Part shown: positions 1-6,831 of the stretch, in pieces
Position numbering within the stretch: position 1 is the stretch's first letter
Layout of the letters: every line of letters begins with the position of its first letter
Virus record (IMG/VR): IMGVR_UViG_3300014890_000018
Location: 1-27,387 of that record
Source: a virus
Taxonomy: Duplodnaviria; Heunggongvirae; Uroviricota; Caudoviricetes
DNA length: 27,387 nt
Reading direction: 5' to 3' (one strand)
Notes under the pieces: generated by a model
Database searches by the model: none
Told to the model about the DNA's origin: nothing
What the model saw: the letters and a program-made list of their open reading frames with translations, nothing else
Made by a program: the position numbers and the translations under genes

Positions 1-516
1 ATGAAATTTAAAAAATGTCTTCTGCCTGTGGCAATGTTAGCGTCATTCACTCTGGCAGGATGCCAGTCAAATGCTGATGATCATGCCGCCGATGTTTATC
101 AAACCGATCAACTGAATACCAAACAAGAAACTAAAACCGTTAATATTATTTCCATTCTTCCCGCAAAAGTTGCCGTAGACAACTCCCAAAATAAACGAAA
201 CGCACAAGCCTTCGGCGCGCTTATTGGTGCAGTCGCTGGCGGTGTTATTGGCCACAACGTCGGGTCTGGCAGCAATTCCGGAACGACGGCAGGTGCAGTT
301 GGCGGCGGAGCTGTTGGCGCGGCAGCGGGTTCTATGGTGAATGATAAAACCTTAGTGGAAGGTGTTTCTCTAACGTATAAGGAAGGCACCAAAGTGTATA
401 CCTCCACCCAGGTGGGTAAAGAGTGCCAGTTTACGACAGGTTTAGCCGTTGTTATTACCACGACGTATAACGAAACGCGTATTCAGCCAAATACCAAATG
501 TCCTGAAAAGAGCTAA
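1..516 (+). CDS. Glycine-zipper (SlyB/Pcp/OsmB-like) outer-membrane lipoprotein
   Basis: N-terminal signal peptide with lipobox LAGC (MKFKKCLLPVAMLASFTLAGC); Gly/Ala-rich zipper GALIGAVAGGVIGHNVGSG...GAVGGGAVGAAAG typical of the glycine-zipper lipoprotein family; ATG at position 1. Confidence 0.6.
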   Translation: MKFKKCLLPVAMLASFTLAGCQSNADDHAADVYQTDQLNTKQETKTVNIISILPAKVAVDNSQNKRNAQAFGALIGAVAGGVIGHNVGSGSNSGTTAGAVGGGAVGAAAGSMVNDKTLVEGVSLTYKEGTKVYTSTQVGKECQFTTGLAVVITTTYNETRIQPNTKCPEKS

Positions 517-531
517 TGATCAGGAGGAGTC

Positions 532-1071
532 ATGAAGAAAGTTTTTCTTTGCGCCATCTTAGCCTCCTTAAGCTATCCGGCTATCGCCTCATCATTGCAG
601 GATCAACTCTCTGCTGTCGCAGAAGCGGAACAGCAAGGTAAAAATGAAGAGCAAAGGCAGCATGACGAATGGGTCGCGGAGCGCAACAGGGAAATCCAGC
701 AAGAGAAGCAACGTCGCGCAAACGCCCAGGCCGCCGCTAACAAAAGAGCGGCAACGGCAGCGGCAAATAAGAAAGCTCGTCAGGATAAACTGGACGCCGA
801 AGCCTCTGCGGACAAAAAACGCGATCAAAGTTATGAAGATGAGCTACGCAGCTTAGAGATTCAGAAACAAAAACTGGCGCTGGCGAAAGAAGAAGCCCGC
901 GTTAAGCGAGAAAACGAATTTATCGATCAGGAACTGAAGCACAAAGCTGCGCAAACCGATGTGGTGCAATCTGAAGCTGACGCAAACAGGAATATGACTG
1001 AGGGCGGTCGAGATCTGATGAAAAGCGTGGGCAAAGCAGAAGAGAACAAATCGGACAGCTGGTTTAACTAA
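532..1071 (+). CDS. Secreted/periplasmic charged coiled-coil protein, function unknown
   Basis: RBS caggaggag 5-13 nt upstream of ATG; cleavable signal peptide MKKVFLCAILASLSYPAIASS; K/E/A/Q/R-rich low-complexity helical body; 15 bp downstream of the lipoprotein gene, so probably one operon. Confidence 0.55.
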   Translation: MKKVFLCAILASLSYPAIASSLQDQLSAVAEAEQQGKNEEQRQHDEWVAERNREIQQEKQRRANAQAAANKRAATAAANKKARQDKLDAEASADKKRDQSYEDELRSLEIQKQKLALAKEEARVKRENEFIDQELKHKAAQTDVVQSEADANRNMTEGGRDLMKSVGKAEENKSDSWFN

Positions 1072-1110
1072 GCGATGTCAGTAACTTCAAGCCTATGATT
1101 CGTGAGTATA

Positions 1111-1142
1111 AAAAACCCTCTGTAGTAACAGAGGGTTTTGTT
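1111..1142. terminator. Bidirectional rho-independent terminator
   Basis: Stem aaccctctg / cagagggtt (9 bp) with loop tagtaa, A-tract before and T-tract (ttttgtt) after; lies between the convergent plus-strand gene ending at 1071 and the minus-strand spanin gene ending at 1266. Confidence 0.7.
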
Positions 1143-1265
1143 CATTCATAGTGCAGGGTCAAATCATTCCCACTCAATTATTTACGGCATGCATAACCAA
1201 TTGACTGGTAACAACTTTCTGTAACCTGATTTTCACCGTACCGTTTTATATACCGTCACCGGAAA

Positions 1266-1763
1266 TCAGTGCCACGATTTTTGCTTCTTCAGTGAATCGT
1301 ATTGCTGCTCGCAGAATTCCCCCGCGATACGATACTTTTCAGCCTCAGCTGCTGTTGCGTTGTAAACTCGGTTGCTTTCTTCAAGCATGTCGGCGAGCAC
1401 ACCGATGACCTTGCTGGCTGGCGTGCCAGGGGGGAAAGATCCGGTATAGTGTTCGGCGAGCCGCCTGGTTTTGTCAAGCTCGGCGCGCATGCTGTCAGCA
1501 GCGGAATTAGCATACTCAGCATCAGCACGCTCCGCATCGATACGGGATTGTGCTTCACGTTCAATTTGTGTTTTCTCCTGCTCACGCTGTGACCTTAACT
1601 TATCATCAGCCTGTTTCTGATCTTCCTTCGCCTGCGCATACCCGGCATCGTACTGACGGATGCCGTGCACATTCCAGGCAACAACTCCTGATATGACCAG
1701 AACAGCAAGCACCGCCATGATAATCAACTGTTTCCGGTATGCTTTTACGAATGCCCAGATCAT
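1266..1763 (-). CDS. Rz-like inner-membrane spanin (i-spanin)
   Basis: N-terminal transmembrane anchor ([18 protein letters not shown]) followed by a charged coiled-coil periplasmic domain; last gene of the lysis cassette; ATG overlaps the endolysin stop (ATGA). Confidence 0.7.
   Translation of the reverse strand: MIWAFVKAYRKQLIIMAVLAVLVISGVVAWNVHGIRQYDAGYAQAKEDQKQADDKLRSQREQEKTQIEREAQSRIDAERADAEYANSAADSMRAELDKTRRLAEHYTGSFPPGTPASKVIGVLADMLEESNRVYNATAAEAEKYRIAGEFCEQQYDSLKKQKSWH
1289..1537 (-). CDS. Rz1-like outer-membrane lipoprotein spanin (o-spanin), embedded in the +1 frame of the Rz-like gene
   Basis: Alternate-frame ORF wholly inside the Rz-like gene; signal peptide [17 protein letters not shown] with lipobox LTAC; Pro-rich mature part. 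Start uncertain: ATG at 1537, or ATG at 1522 which has an upstream GGAG. Confidence 0.5.
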   Translation of the reverse strand: MRSVLMLSMLIPLLTACAPSLTKPGGSPNTIPDLSPLARQPARSSVCSPTCLKKATEFTTQQQLRLKSIVSRGNSASSNTIH

Positions 1764-2389
1764 ACCGCCAGCACCTTACTGGCATTGATGTATCGCGCGC
1801 GCCGGTCGTCGATGCCGTTCCGGCCACCATTGATAATCAGAGTTACACGTGCAATATCGCCGGTATACTTCATGCATCCTTTGCTGGCAAAGAACCACGC
1901 CGCGCTACGAGCCGCGTATTCGTCCTGCGCCAGCAGTTCAGGACTCTCCAGCAGGTCAACCTTAAGACCGTTTCCACAGTCACGATAGTTATTCAAACCG
2001 GTAACCTGGATAAGCCCGCGCCCACGGTAGTTCCAGCCATCACCAGGGGCATTGTTCCCCATGCGTTTGCTGTACACCAGATTGGCAATCGCTCTCTGGC
2101 GCTCAAGTGGCAATGGTGGTTCGCCTGCACGTCGCCCCAATGCGTTGGCCTGTCCCTGAGTGAGACGCCCAGCCCGAACAAAGTTAGCCAGTCCGCTGAC
2201 GCTGTAGTTGAAATTCTCCTGCAACCGGGTGAAGCCTCCAGACTCATGCCCGACCTGAGCAATAAACATAGCCTGATCTTCTGGTTTGCTGATACCAAAC
2301 TCTTTCATCGCAGAAGTTATATGCGAGAACCAGCGTGCGGCCAGTGCCTCGCTGATACCAGCAGCTCGCTGGAATTGTTTAATCTCCAT
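1760..2389 (-). CDS. Endolysin, glycoside hydrolase family 19 (chitinase-like lysozyme)
   Basis: GH19 hallmarks read directly from the translation: [12 protein letters not shown] (catalytic Glu region), [32 protein letters not shown] 7 nt upstream of ATG. No N-terminal TM segment, so soluble and holin-dependent. Confidence 0.9.
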   Translation of the reverse strand: MEIKQFQRAAGISEALAARWFSHITSAMKEFGISKPEDQAMFIAQVGHESGGFTRLQENFNYSVSGLANFVRAGRLTQGQANALGRRAGEPPLPLERQRAIANLVYSKRMGNNAPGDGWNYRGRGLIQVTGLNNYRDCGNGLKVDLLESPELLAQDEYAARSAAWFFASKGCMKYTGDIARVTLIINGGRNGIDDRRARYINASKVLAV

Positions 2390-2687
2390 GTTTAGACCTC
2401 GTTATTTTGAAAATCTGAACGACGTTACCGCGAGTTTTAAGAACCGCAGCAAGCATGACAGCGTTGATAATGACCTCAGATAAATCCACAGCCATTGGCG
2501 TGCGTAACCAGATTGCATAGACGATACGAACAGGAATACTGGCCGCAGCAACAATAAGGAAATAAGCAAGCCACCCTCCCCATCTTCGGTGTTGTGAACC
2601 GTTACGCCGGAATGTGACAACACGAATTGCTATGCCAGTACAAATAAGTGCATTGGTGATAAGCAAAAAATACTCATGCGTTACCAT
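2379..2687 (-). CDS. Holin-like / lysis-regulating membrane protein (102 aa)
   Basis: Small protein with 2-3 hydrophobic helices ([42 protein letters not shown]) and charged C-terminus; directly upstream of the endolysin with overlapping ends; RBS GGGGAG. Confidence 0.6.
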   Translation of the reverse strand: MVTHEYFLLITNALICTGIAIRVVTFRRNGSQHRRWGGWLAYFLIVAAASIPVRIVYAIWLRTPMAVDLSEVIINAVMLAAVLKTRGNVVQIFKITRSKHGD

Positions 2688-3078
2688 CGCCTTTTCTCCC
2701 CGGTATTAACTCGCGTGGATTATCGGAGCGGTGATAGAGCCAGATGCCAATTCGCACTGCGACGATTGCTGACACGAATGCGCCGGCAGAGAAAACAATC
2801 CCTTTCTCGAAGGAATCCTGTGTGATGGTAGGGATCAGGCTGGCTATGCCGATAAGAATTGATGCTGCTGGTTTGTAAAAAAGAAGGCCGCAAAGAAAGC
2901 TGAGCATCGACAGGACTACCCGGCGGCGGATCGGATATTCGACAGCAGAGGTAACAAAAATCACAGCTCCAGCAAGGGAGCCTAAAGCCACCTCAGGAGG
3001 TGCTCCTGCTATAACCGCCGCCAGAGAACTCATGCTAAGCCACTGATTTAAAGACTCATTGGTTATCTGAACTGACAT
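2674..3078 (-). CDS. Holin-like membrane protein (134 aa from ATG at 3078)
   Basis: Multiple predicted TM helices (LSMSSLAAVIAGAPP, LAGAVIFVTSAV, LSMLSFLCGLLFY, ASILIGIASLI, GAFVSAIVAVRIGIWLY); first gene of the lysis cassette. The track start at 3087 is a GTG; ATG at 3078 preferred. Confidence 0.6.
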   Translation of the reverse strand: MSVQITNESLNQWLSMSSLAAVIAGAPPEVALGSLAGAVIFVTSAVEYPIRRRVVLSMLSFLCGLLFYKPAASILIGIASLIPTITQDSFEKGIVFSAGAFVSAIVAVRIGIWLYHRSDNPRELIPGRKGDGNA

Positions 3079-3193
3079 AAAAACCACCGTTTAATGTGCA
3101 TGAAGAACCACCTTAGTATGGGGTTCACCATGCATATTAAACCATATATGAATAGTTATTACCTCTACATCAATTAAATCACTATCATATAAA

Positions 3194-5779
3194 TTACATC
3201 TGGTTATTAATTTTCATTTCAATATTTTTAATGCGCTCAACCAATCCTCGCATAATGAAACGATCAAGTTCTTGATCTCGGAATTGCCACAAATCTCCTG
3301 CTTTCTTAACTAATTTTTTTTCACCAGTACTCACAGGAATAATGAATTTTTCACCATTTTGATCCGTAATTAACTCATCTTTAATGACATCTTCATATAC
3401 ATCATCCCATTTGTCATACCCTATAAATCCATAATCTCGCCAGTCCAGGCCCTCATCCTCTAAAACAGCAATAACTGCCTGAACAGTGGTGCCAGAGTGC
3501 AACCTTTTAGAATCATCATCAATCCATGTCCAGAAACCTAGCAGATCAGCCACTTTAATTGCTGCATTAATTTCAGATTTGGTGAATCCGCGAATCGGGT
3601 CTTTAAGACGCCCATCTGAACTTGACTGGGTTCCTCCGGCAAAATAACCAATGTTATATCGTAGTGATGCGCTACCTATATTTGAAGTGGCATCAGTTCC
3701 AGGAGTTATTCCTCCTGACGTTGCTATTTGCATTGCTGGAGTAGATCCAGACCCACCATGTCTGAACTGTAATTGACCTACACTGTTGTATTGTGTTCTC
3801 ATGAACCAAGATGTAGCATTGCCATTACTGAGCAGGCCAAGAATAGCATCAGAACCAGATGGAGCCGATACAGTGTACATTCCTGTCTTAGTGAGTGACG
3901 TCATGGTTTCTCCATCCTTGCTGACCAATAGTCTGTCGGAGCTTGCATCCATCATCACTTTCCATCCTGTAGACCCATCAGCAGCATTCTTCGTAAACTG
4001 AATTGATGCGTCACCAATATTCCCATCAGAGCCAAGAATTGCAACGGTATAACCGCCTGCTGGGTCTTTACCCACAACTCCAAATCTACCGTTTAGCGGA
4101 TCGCCTGAAACTATTATTTTTACAGGAATCACTCCGGCAAAATTGTCATTAAATATCTGAGAAATATAATTCATGCGCATGCCATAAAAACTAACGCCTC
4201 TCTTTACATTCTCAGAACCAATAAAAGTCGGAATATCTGAATTTGTAATACCATAAGGTGATTGCTCTACCACACCACCATAAAACTGGATGTTGGATGC
4301 GTGATCAAATTCTAATGCATGATTAGCTCTGGTTCTAAACTCACAGCCATAAAAGTAATGCCCATTTATTTCAGCGGATGTCGCATTAACATCACCATCT
4401 ATATAAAGGCATCGCCATGTGTTTGCGCTAGAGTAATAAGAAACAAGCTCTTCATGAGACATTGATGCACGACTGTGGTGATCAAGGGTATAAATACCAC
4501 ATTTATCTACTCTAGTTCCGCTGAGACCATAACTTGCAGGCCCAGTGTTTGAACCAAGAATTGCTAAACCGACTCGCCCCATAGTTGACCCACCAGTAAT
4601 GGTATTGTAATCAGGGTCATCGTTTCCTTGCTTTGACTGAATTATTGTACCTGCTTTTGAAAAGTATCCGAATACACAAACATCCTCCTGAAGATTTCTT
4701 GCAGAGTCATCGTAATAAACCCCACACTCATAATCTGCACGTTGGTCTTCATCAGGTTTTGTGTGATTACCGATGGAATCATAACAAATCATGTCTTGAA
4801 CCACGGCAATGCCTTTAAGGACAGATCCACTTGAACCATATTCTGGAGAAAGAACTCTCACGCAATATCGAACACTTGCGAAATGATCGTCTCTGTTATC
4901 TGTAGTAGCTATCTTTGTTCCTGCTCCAGAAAATATAAACGTAGCACCAGGCATATTTTCTTTTCTACCTTCAGCAAGAAAGAATTTGTCATCATCAGTA
5001 CCAAATCCAAGAACAGGAGAACCATTACCAATGAATCGAAAATCACCAGGTATTTCTATACCATCAGAGAATCGATAAACCCCATCAGGAACAAAAAAAG
5101 TTTTCTTTCCAGATGCAAGCAAAGCCTGCCACTGCGTTAAGTTGTCCGTTTTATAGTCACCTTTTAATCCAAAATCGGTTATGCTGACTGTATCTCGCAT
5201 CTTATCCTGGAACGTTCGATATATCGCACCAGAACCATACTGAATAAACCAACCAAAACCACCAACAACTCCGGCGATTGCAGCATCAACATAATTACGC
5301 ATTGAGCGATTATTTACAGCATCCTGCTCAAGTGATGGATCTGCAAGGTTAGAAATTCTGTTTTGCTTTGCATCGTAATATTTTGCAAGCAAAGATGGTT
5401 TCATCAATGCACGTCTGAACCACCCAAAACATTGCTGGATCAGCATCGTCAGGTAGTCAAAAGCATCTTCATGCACTTCGGGGAAAAATTTTCCCTGATT
5501 GCGAAGGTCTGTCTCCTGCACTACATCAAGCACACGATCTATCGTAATTCGCCATCCAGCAGCAAGCGGCGACGGAAGAACAACAGAACCGCCACTATAA
5601 GTGCCCGCCCCAGTTACCGTATAACCGGTATCCAGAACCAATTCTGTTACGTTCCCGTTCAGGTCAGACACCTGAACAACCAGGTCGGATTTTTTGAAAA
5701 TACGGAAGGTATACGGAAATGATGTCGTAGCGCCGTTACCGGTGTATTCGTTGTGGTCAACTTCGGTTGAGACCGTCAT
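3194..5779 (-). CDS. Tailspike / tail fibre: conserved N-terminal anchor, low-GC central domain (probable glycan depolymerase), C-terminal intramolecular chaperone (peptidase S74-like)
   Basis: 861 aa. N-terminus (MTVSTEVDHNEYTGNGATTSFPYTF...) matches the conserved N-terminal domain of podovirus tail fibres/spikes. C-terminal ~135 aa follow a SSDGRLKD motif, the S-D-x-R-x-K autocleavage signature of S74 chaperone domains. RBS GGAG 7 nt upstream. Strong AT-shift over roughly 3.2-5.5 kb versus the 5' end. Confidence 0.85.
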   Translation of the reverse strand: MTVSTEVDHNEYTGNGATTSFPYTFRIFKKSDLVVQVSDLNGNVTELVLDTGYTVTGAGTYSGGSVVLPSPLAAGWRITIDRVLDVVQETDLRNQGKFFPEVHEDAFDYLTMLIQQCFGWFRRALMKPSLLAKYYDAKQNRISNLADPSLEQDAVNNRSMRNYVDAAIAGVVGGFGWFIQYGSGAIYRTFQDKMRDTVSITDFGLKGDYKTDNLTQWQALLASGKKTFFVPDGVYRFSDGIEIPGDFRFIGNGSPVLGFGTDDDKFFLAEGRKENMPGATFIFSGAGTKIATTDNRDDHFASVRYCVRVLSPEYGSSGSVLKGIAVVQDMICYDSIGNHTKPDEDQRADYECGVYYDDSARNLQEDVCVFGYFSKAGTIIQSKQGNDDPDYNTITGGSTMGRVGLAILGSNTGPASYGLSGTRVDKCGIYTLDHHSRASMSHEELVSYYSSANTWRCLYIDGDVNATSAEINGHYFYGCEFRTRANHALEFDHASNIQFYGGVVEQSPYGITNSDIPTFIGSENVKRGVSFYGMRMNYISQIFNDNFAGVIPVKIIVSGDPLNGRFGVVGKDPAGGYTVAILGSDGNIGDASIQFTKNAADGSTGWKVMMDASSDRLLVSKDGETMTSLTKTGMYTVSAPSGSDAILGLLSNGNATSWFMRTQYNSVGQLQFRHGGSGSTPAMQIATSGGITPGTDATSNIGSASLRYNIGYFAGGTQSSSDGRLKDPIRGFTKSEINAAIKVADLLGFWTWIDDDSKRLHSGTTVQAVIAVLEDEGLDWRDYGFIGYDKWDDVYEDVIKDELITDQNGEKFIIPVSTGEKKLVKKAGDLWQFRDQELDRFIMRGLVERIKNIEMKINNQM

Positions 5780-5832
5780 GTTAAATCTCCAGATAGTCGC
5801 AGCACCCGTTGCGCCGCATATCTGGTTATTCT

Positions 5833-5896
5833 ATTACCTGAAAAACCACATATGGATAGATAACCCATAAATACGAAAAGATATTACCTTTCAGGT
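5833..5896. promoter_or_regulatory. Divergent regulatory region A (between the tailspike and the SOS-regulated ORF) carrying the same two motifs as region B
   Basis: AACCACATATG at 5844-5854 and ATTACCTTTCAGGT at 5883-5896, same order and orientation as in region B (spacing 28 vs 40 bp). Confidence 0.5.
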
Positions 5897-5935
5897 GATT
5901 TGCAAAACGTGCTGGATAGCAAACAAATTATTTGA

Positions 5936-5955
5936 TACTGTATATTTATACAGTT
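5936..5955 (+). promoter_or_regulatory. LexA (SOS) box, 18/20 match to consensus
   Basis: TACTGTATATTTATACAGTT versus consensus TACTGTATATATATACAGTA; CTGT-N8-ACAG core intact; lies 20 bp upstream of the ATG at 5975, in the divergent region between the tailspike and the small plus-strand ORF. Confidence 0.75.
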
Positions 5956-5974
5956 ATTGCATGGAGAAGATAAG

Positions 5975-6232
5975 ATGCAGCAGTATCACTATCCACTGGA
6001 AGACGGATTTACCGAAAGGATTCACACGCCGGGAGGCGTCAGGTCACTGGTGGAGGGATCGCACTTGATGAAATTACTCCGGGATCTCGATAAGGATGGA
6101 TTTAATGTCGATGGCCCACTTGCCGAACTGACTGCACTGATTAACTACGTCACCAGCTCACAGATGTCTATGCAGGATCTGCAAACACATCTCGACTATT
6201 GTGCCGAACAATTACGAAAGCAAACCACATAA
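5975..6232 (+). CDS. SOS-regulated small protein (85 aa), function unknown; candidate antirepressor or SOS-induced accessory protein
   Basis: ATG at 5975 with GGAG 8 nt upstream (the track start at 5957 is a TTG); LexA box just upstream; opposite orientation to all flanking structural genes. No motif I recognise. Confidence 0.55.
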   Translation: MQQYHYPLEDGFTERIHTPGGVRSLVEGSHLMKLLRDLDKDGFNVDGPLAELTALINYVTSSQMSMQDLQTHLDYCAEQLRKQTT

Positions 6233-6254
6233 AGAAAAGGCCGCGAAAGCGGCC
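6231..6254 (-). terminator. Rho-independent terminator for the minus-strand secreted-protein gene; hairpin also abuts the stop codon of the plus-strand small ORF
   Basis: Perfect stem ggccgc / gcggcc with GNRA-type loop gaaa at 6239-6254; on the minus strand it is followed by TTTTCTTT (6238-6231). On the plus strand no U-tract follows. Confidence 0.65.
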
Positions 6255-6255
6255 T

Positions 6256-6267
6256 GTGACATGTCAC
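6256..6267. repeat. 12-bp perfect palindrome GTGACATGTCAC, copy 1 of 3
   Basis: Exact string; identical copies at 23979-23990 and 26244-26255; each sits beside an intrinsic-terminator hairpin at a junction between gene modules. Confidence 0.8.
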
Positions 6268-6268
6268 G

Positions 6269-6829
6269 CTACATTGATATATGATTCATAAAGTAGCTTA
6301 GAGATTTACTTCCCAGAAAAGAAATTTCTTTTCCTGGATATGTCGCAATAATTGAGCATGACTTATCCCCGTTAGAGGTAACAAATCCTGAATAACCTAC
6401 TTGTTCTTTACCATTTTGTTGCTTGGCTAAAAAGTAGAGGTAGCTTATCTTTTTGCCCTCTGGGTAAAACTCTGCCAAACCAGTATCGGTGATTGAATAT
6501 TTTATTCTCCCGCCTTGAGTAACGTTTTCCATCTCAAGTTTAGCTATGTCTTTTCTGTTGTATTCAGCATTGATTTTCCTTTCGAAATCAATGTTGTTTT
6601 CAAATGAGTAGGAAGCAACAGTCTGAATAGATGGGAACACGTTTATCTGGATGCCTCCACAGTCGGCACAGGTATAAAGGTATGAATCAGATGGAATCCC
6701 CATAAAAGAAAACTGAGTTACCTTAAATTTATCGCTATCTCCAAAGTATTGAAGTTCGCATTTAACATTTTGCCCTGCAAAAGAAAATGCAGACATTAAT
6801 ATTGAAACAAAAAATATAATTGCCTTCAT
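6269..6829 (-). CDS. AT-rich moron encoding a secreted (signal-peptide) protein of unknown function, 186 aa
   Basis: Signal peptide MKAIIFFVSILMSAFSFAG, no lipobox; four Cys in the mature part; markedly AT-rich versus the upstream virion genes; starts 2 nt after the stop of the 850-aa gene; followed by terminator and palindrome. Confidence 0.65.
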   Translation of the reverse strand: MKAIIFFVSILMSAFSFAGQNVKCELQYFGDSDKFKVTQFSFMGIPSDSYLYTCADCGGIQINVFPSIQTVASYSFENNIDFERKINAEYNRKDIAKLEMENVTQGGRIKYSITDTGLAEFYPEGKKISYLYFLAKQQNGKEQVGYSGFVTSNGDKSCSIIATYPGKEISFLGSKSLSYFMNHISM

Positions 6830-6831
6830 TA

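Noticed and set aside
1072-1265. Possible attachment site or tRNA fragment at the left prophage boundary
   Set aside because: No tRNA-like fold or repeat that I could match to the other end of the element, which lies outside the window. Cannot be supported from this sequence alone.
1739-2395. 218-aa plus-strand ORF
   Set aside because: Lies entirely antisense to the well-supported GH19 endolysin gene; no RBS or motif. Antisense artefact of a GC-normal coding region.
3150-3165. Recurrent TATTACC hexamer in several intergenic regions
   Set aside because: A 6-7-mer is expected several times by chance in 27 kb of AT-rich intergenic DNA; only the longer shared motifs are treated as significant.
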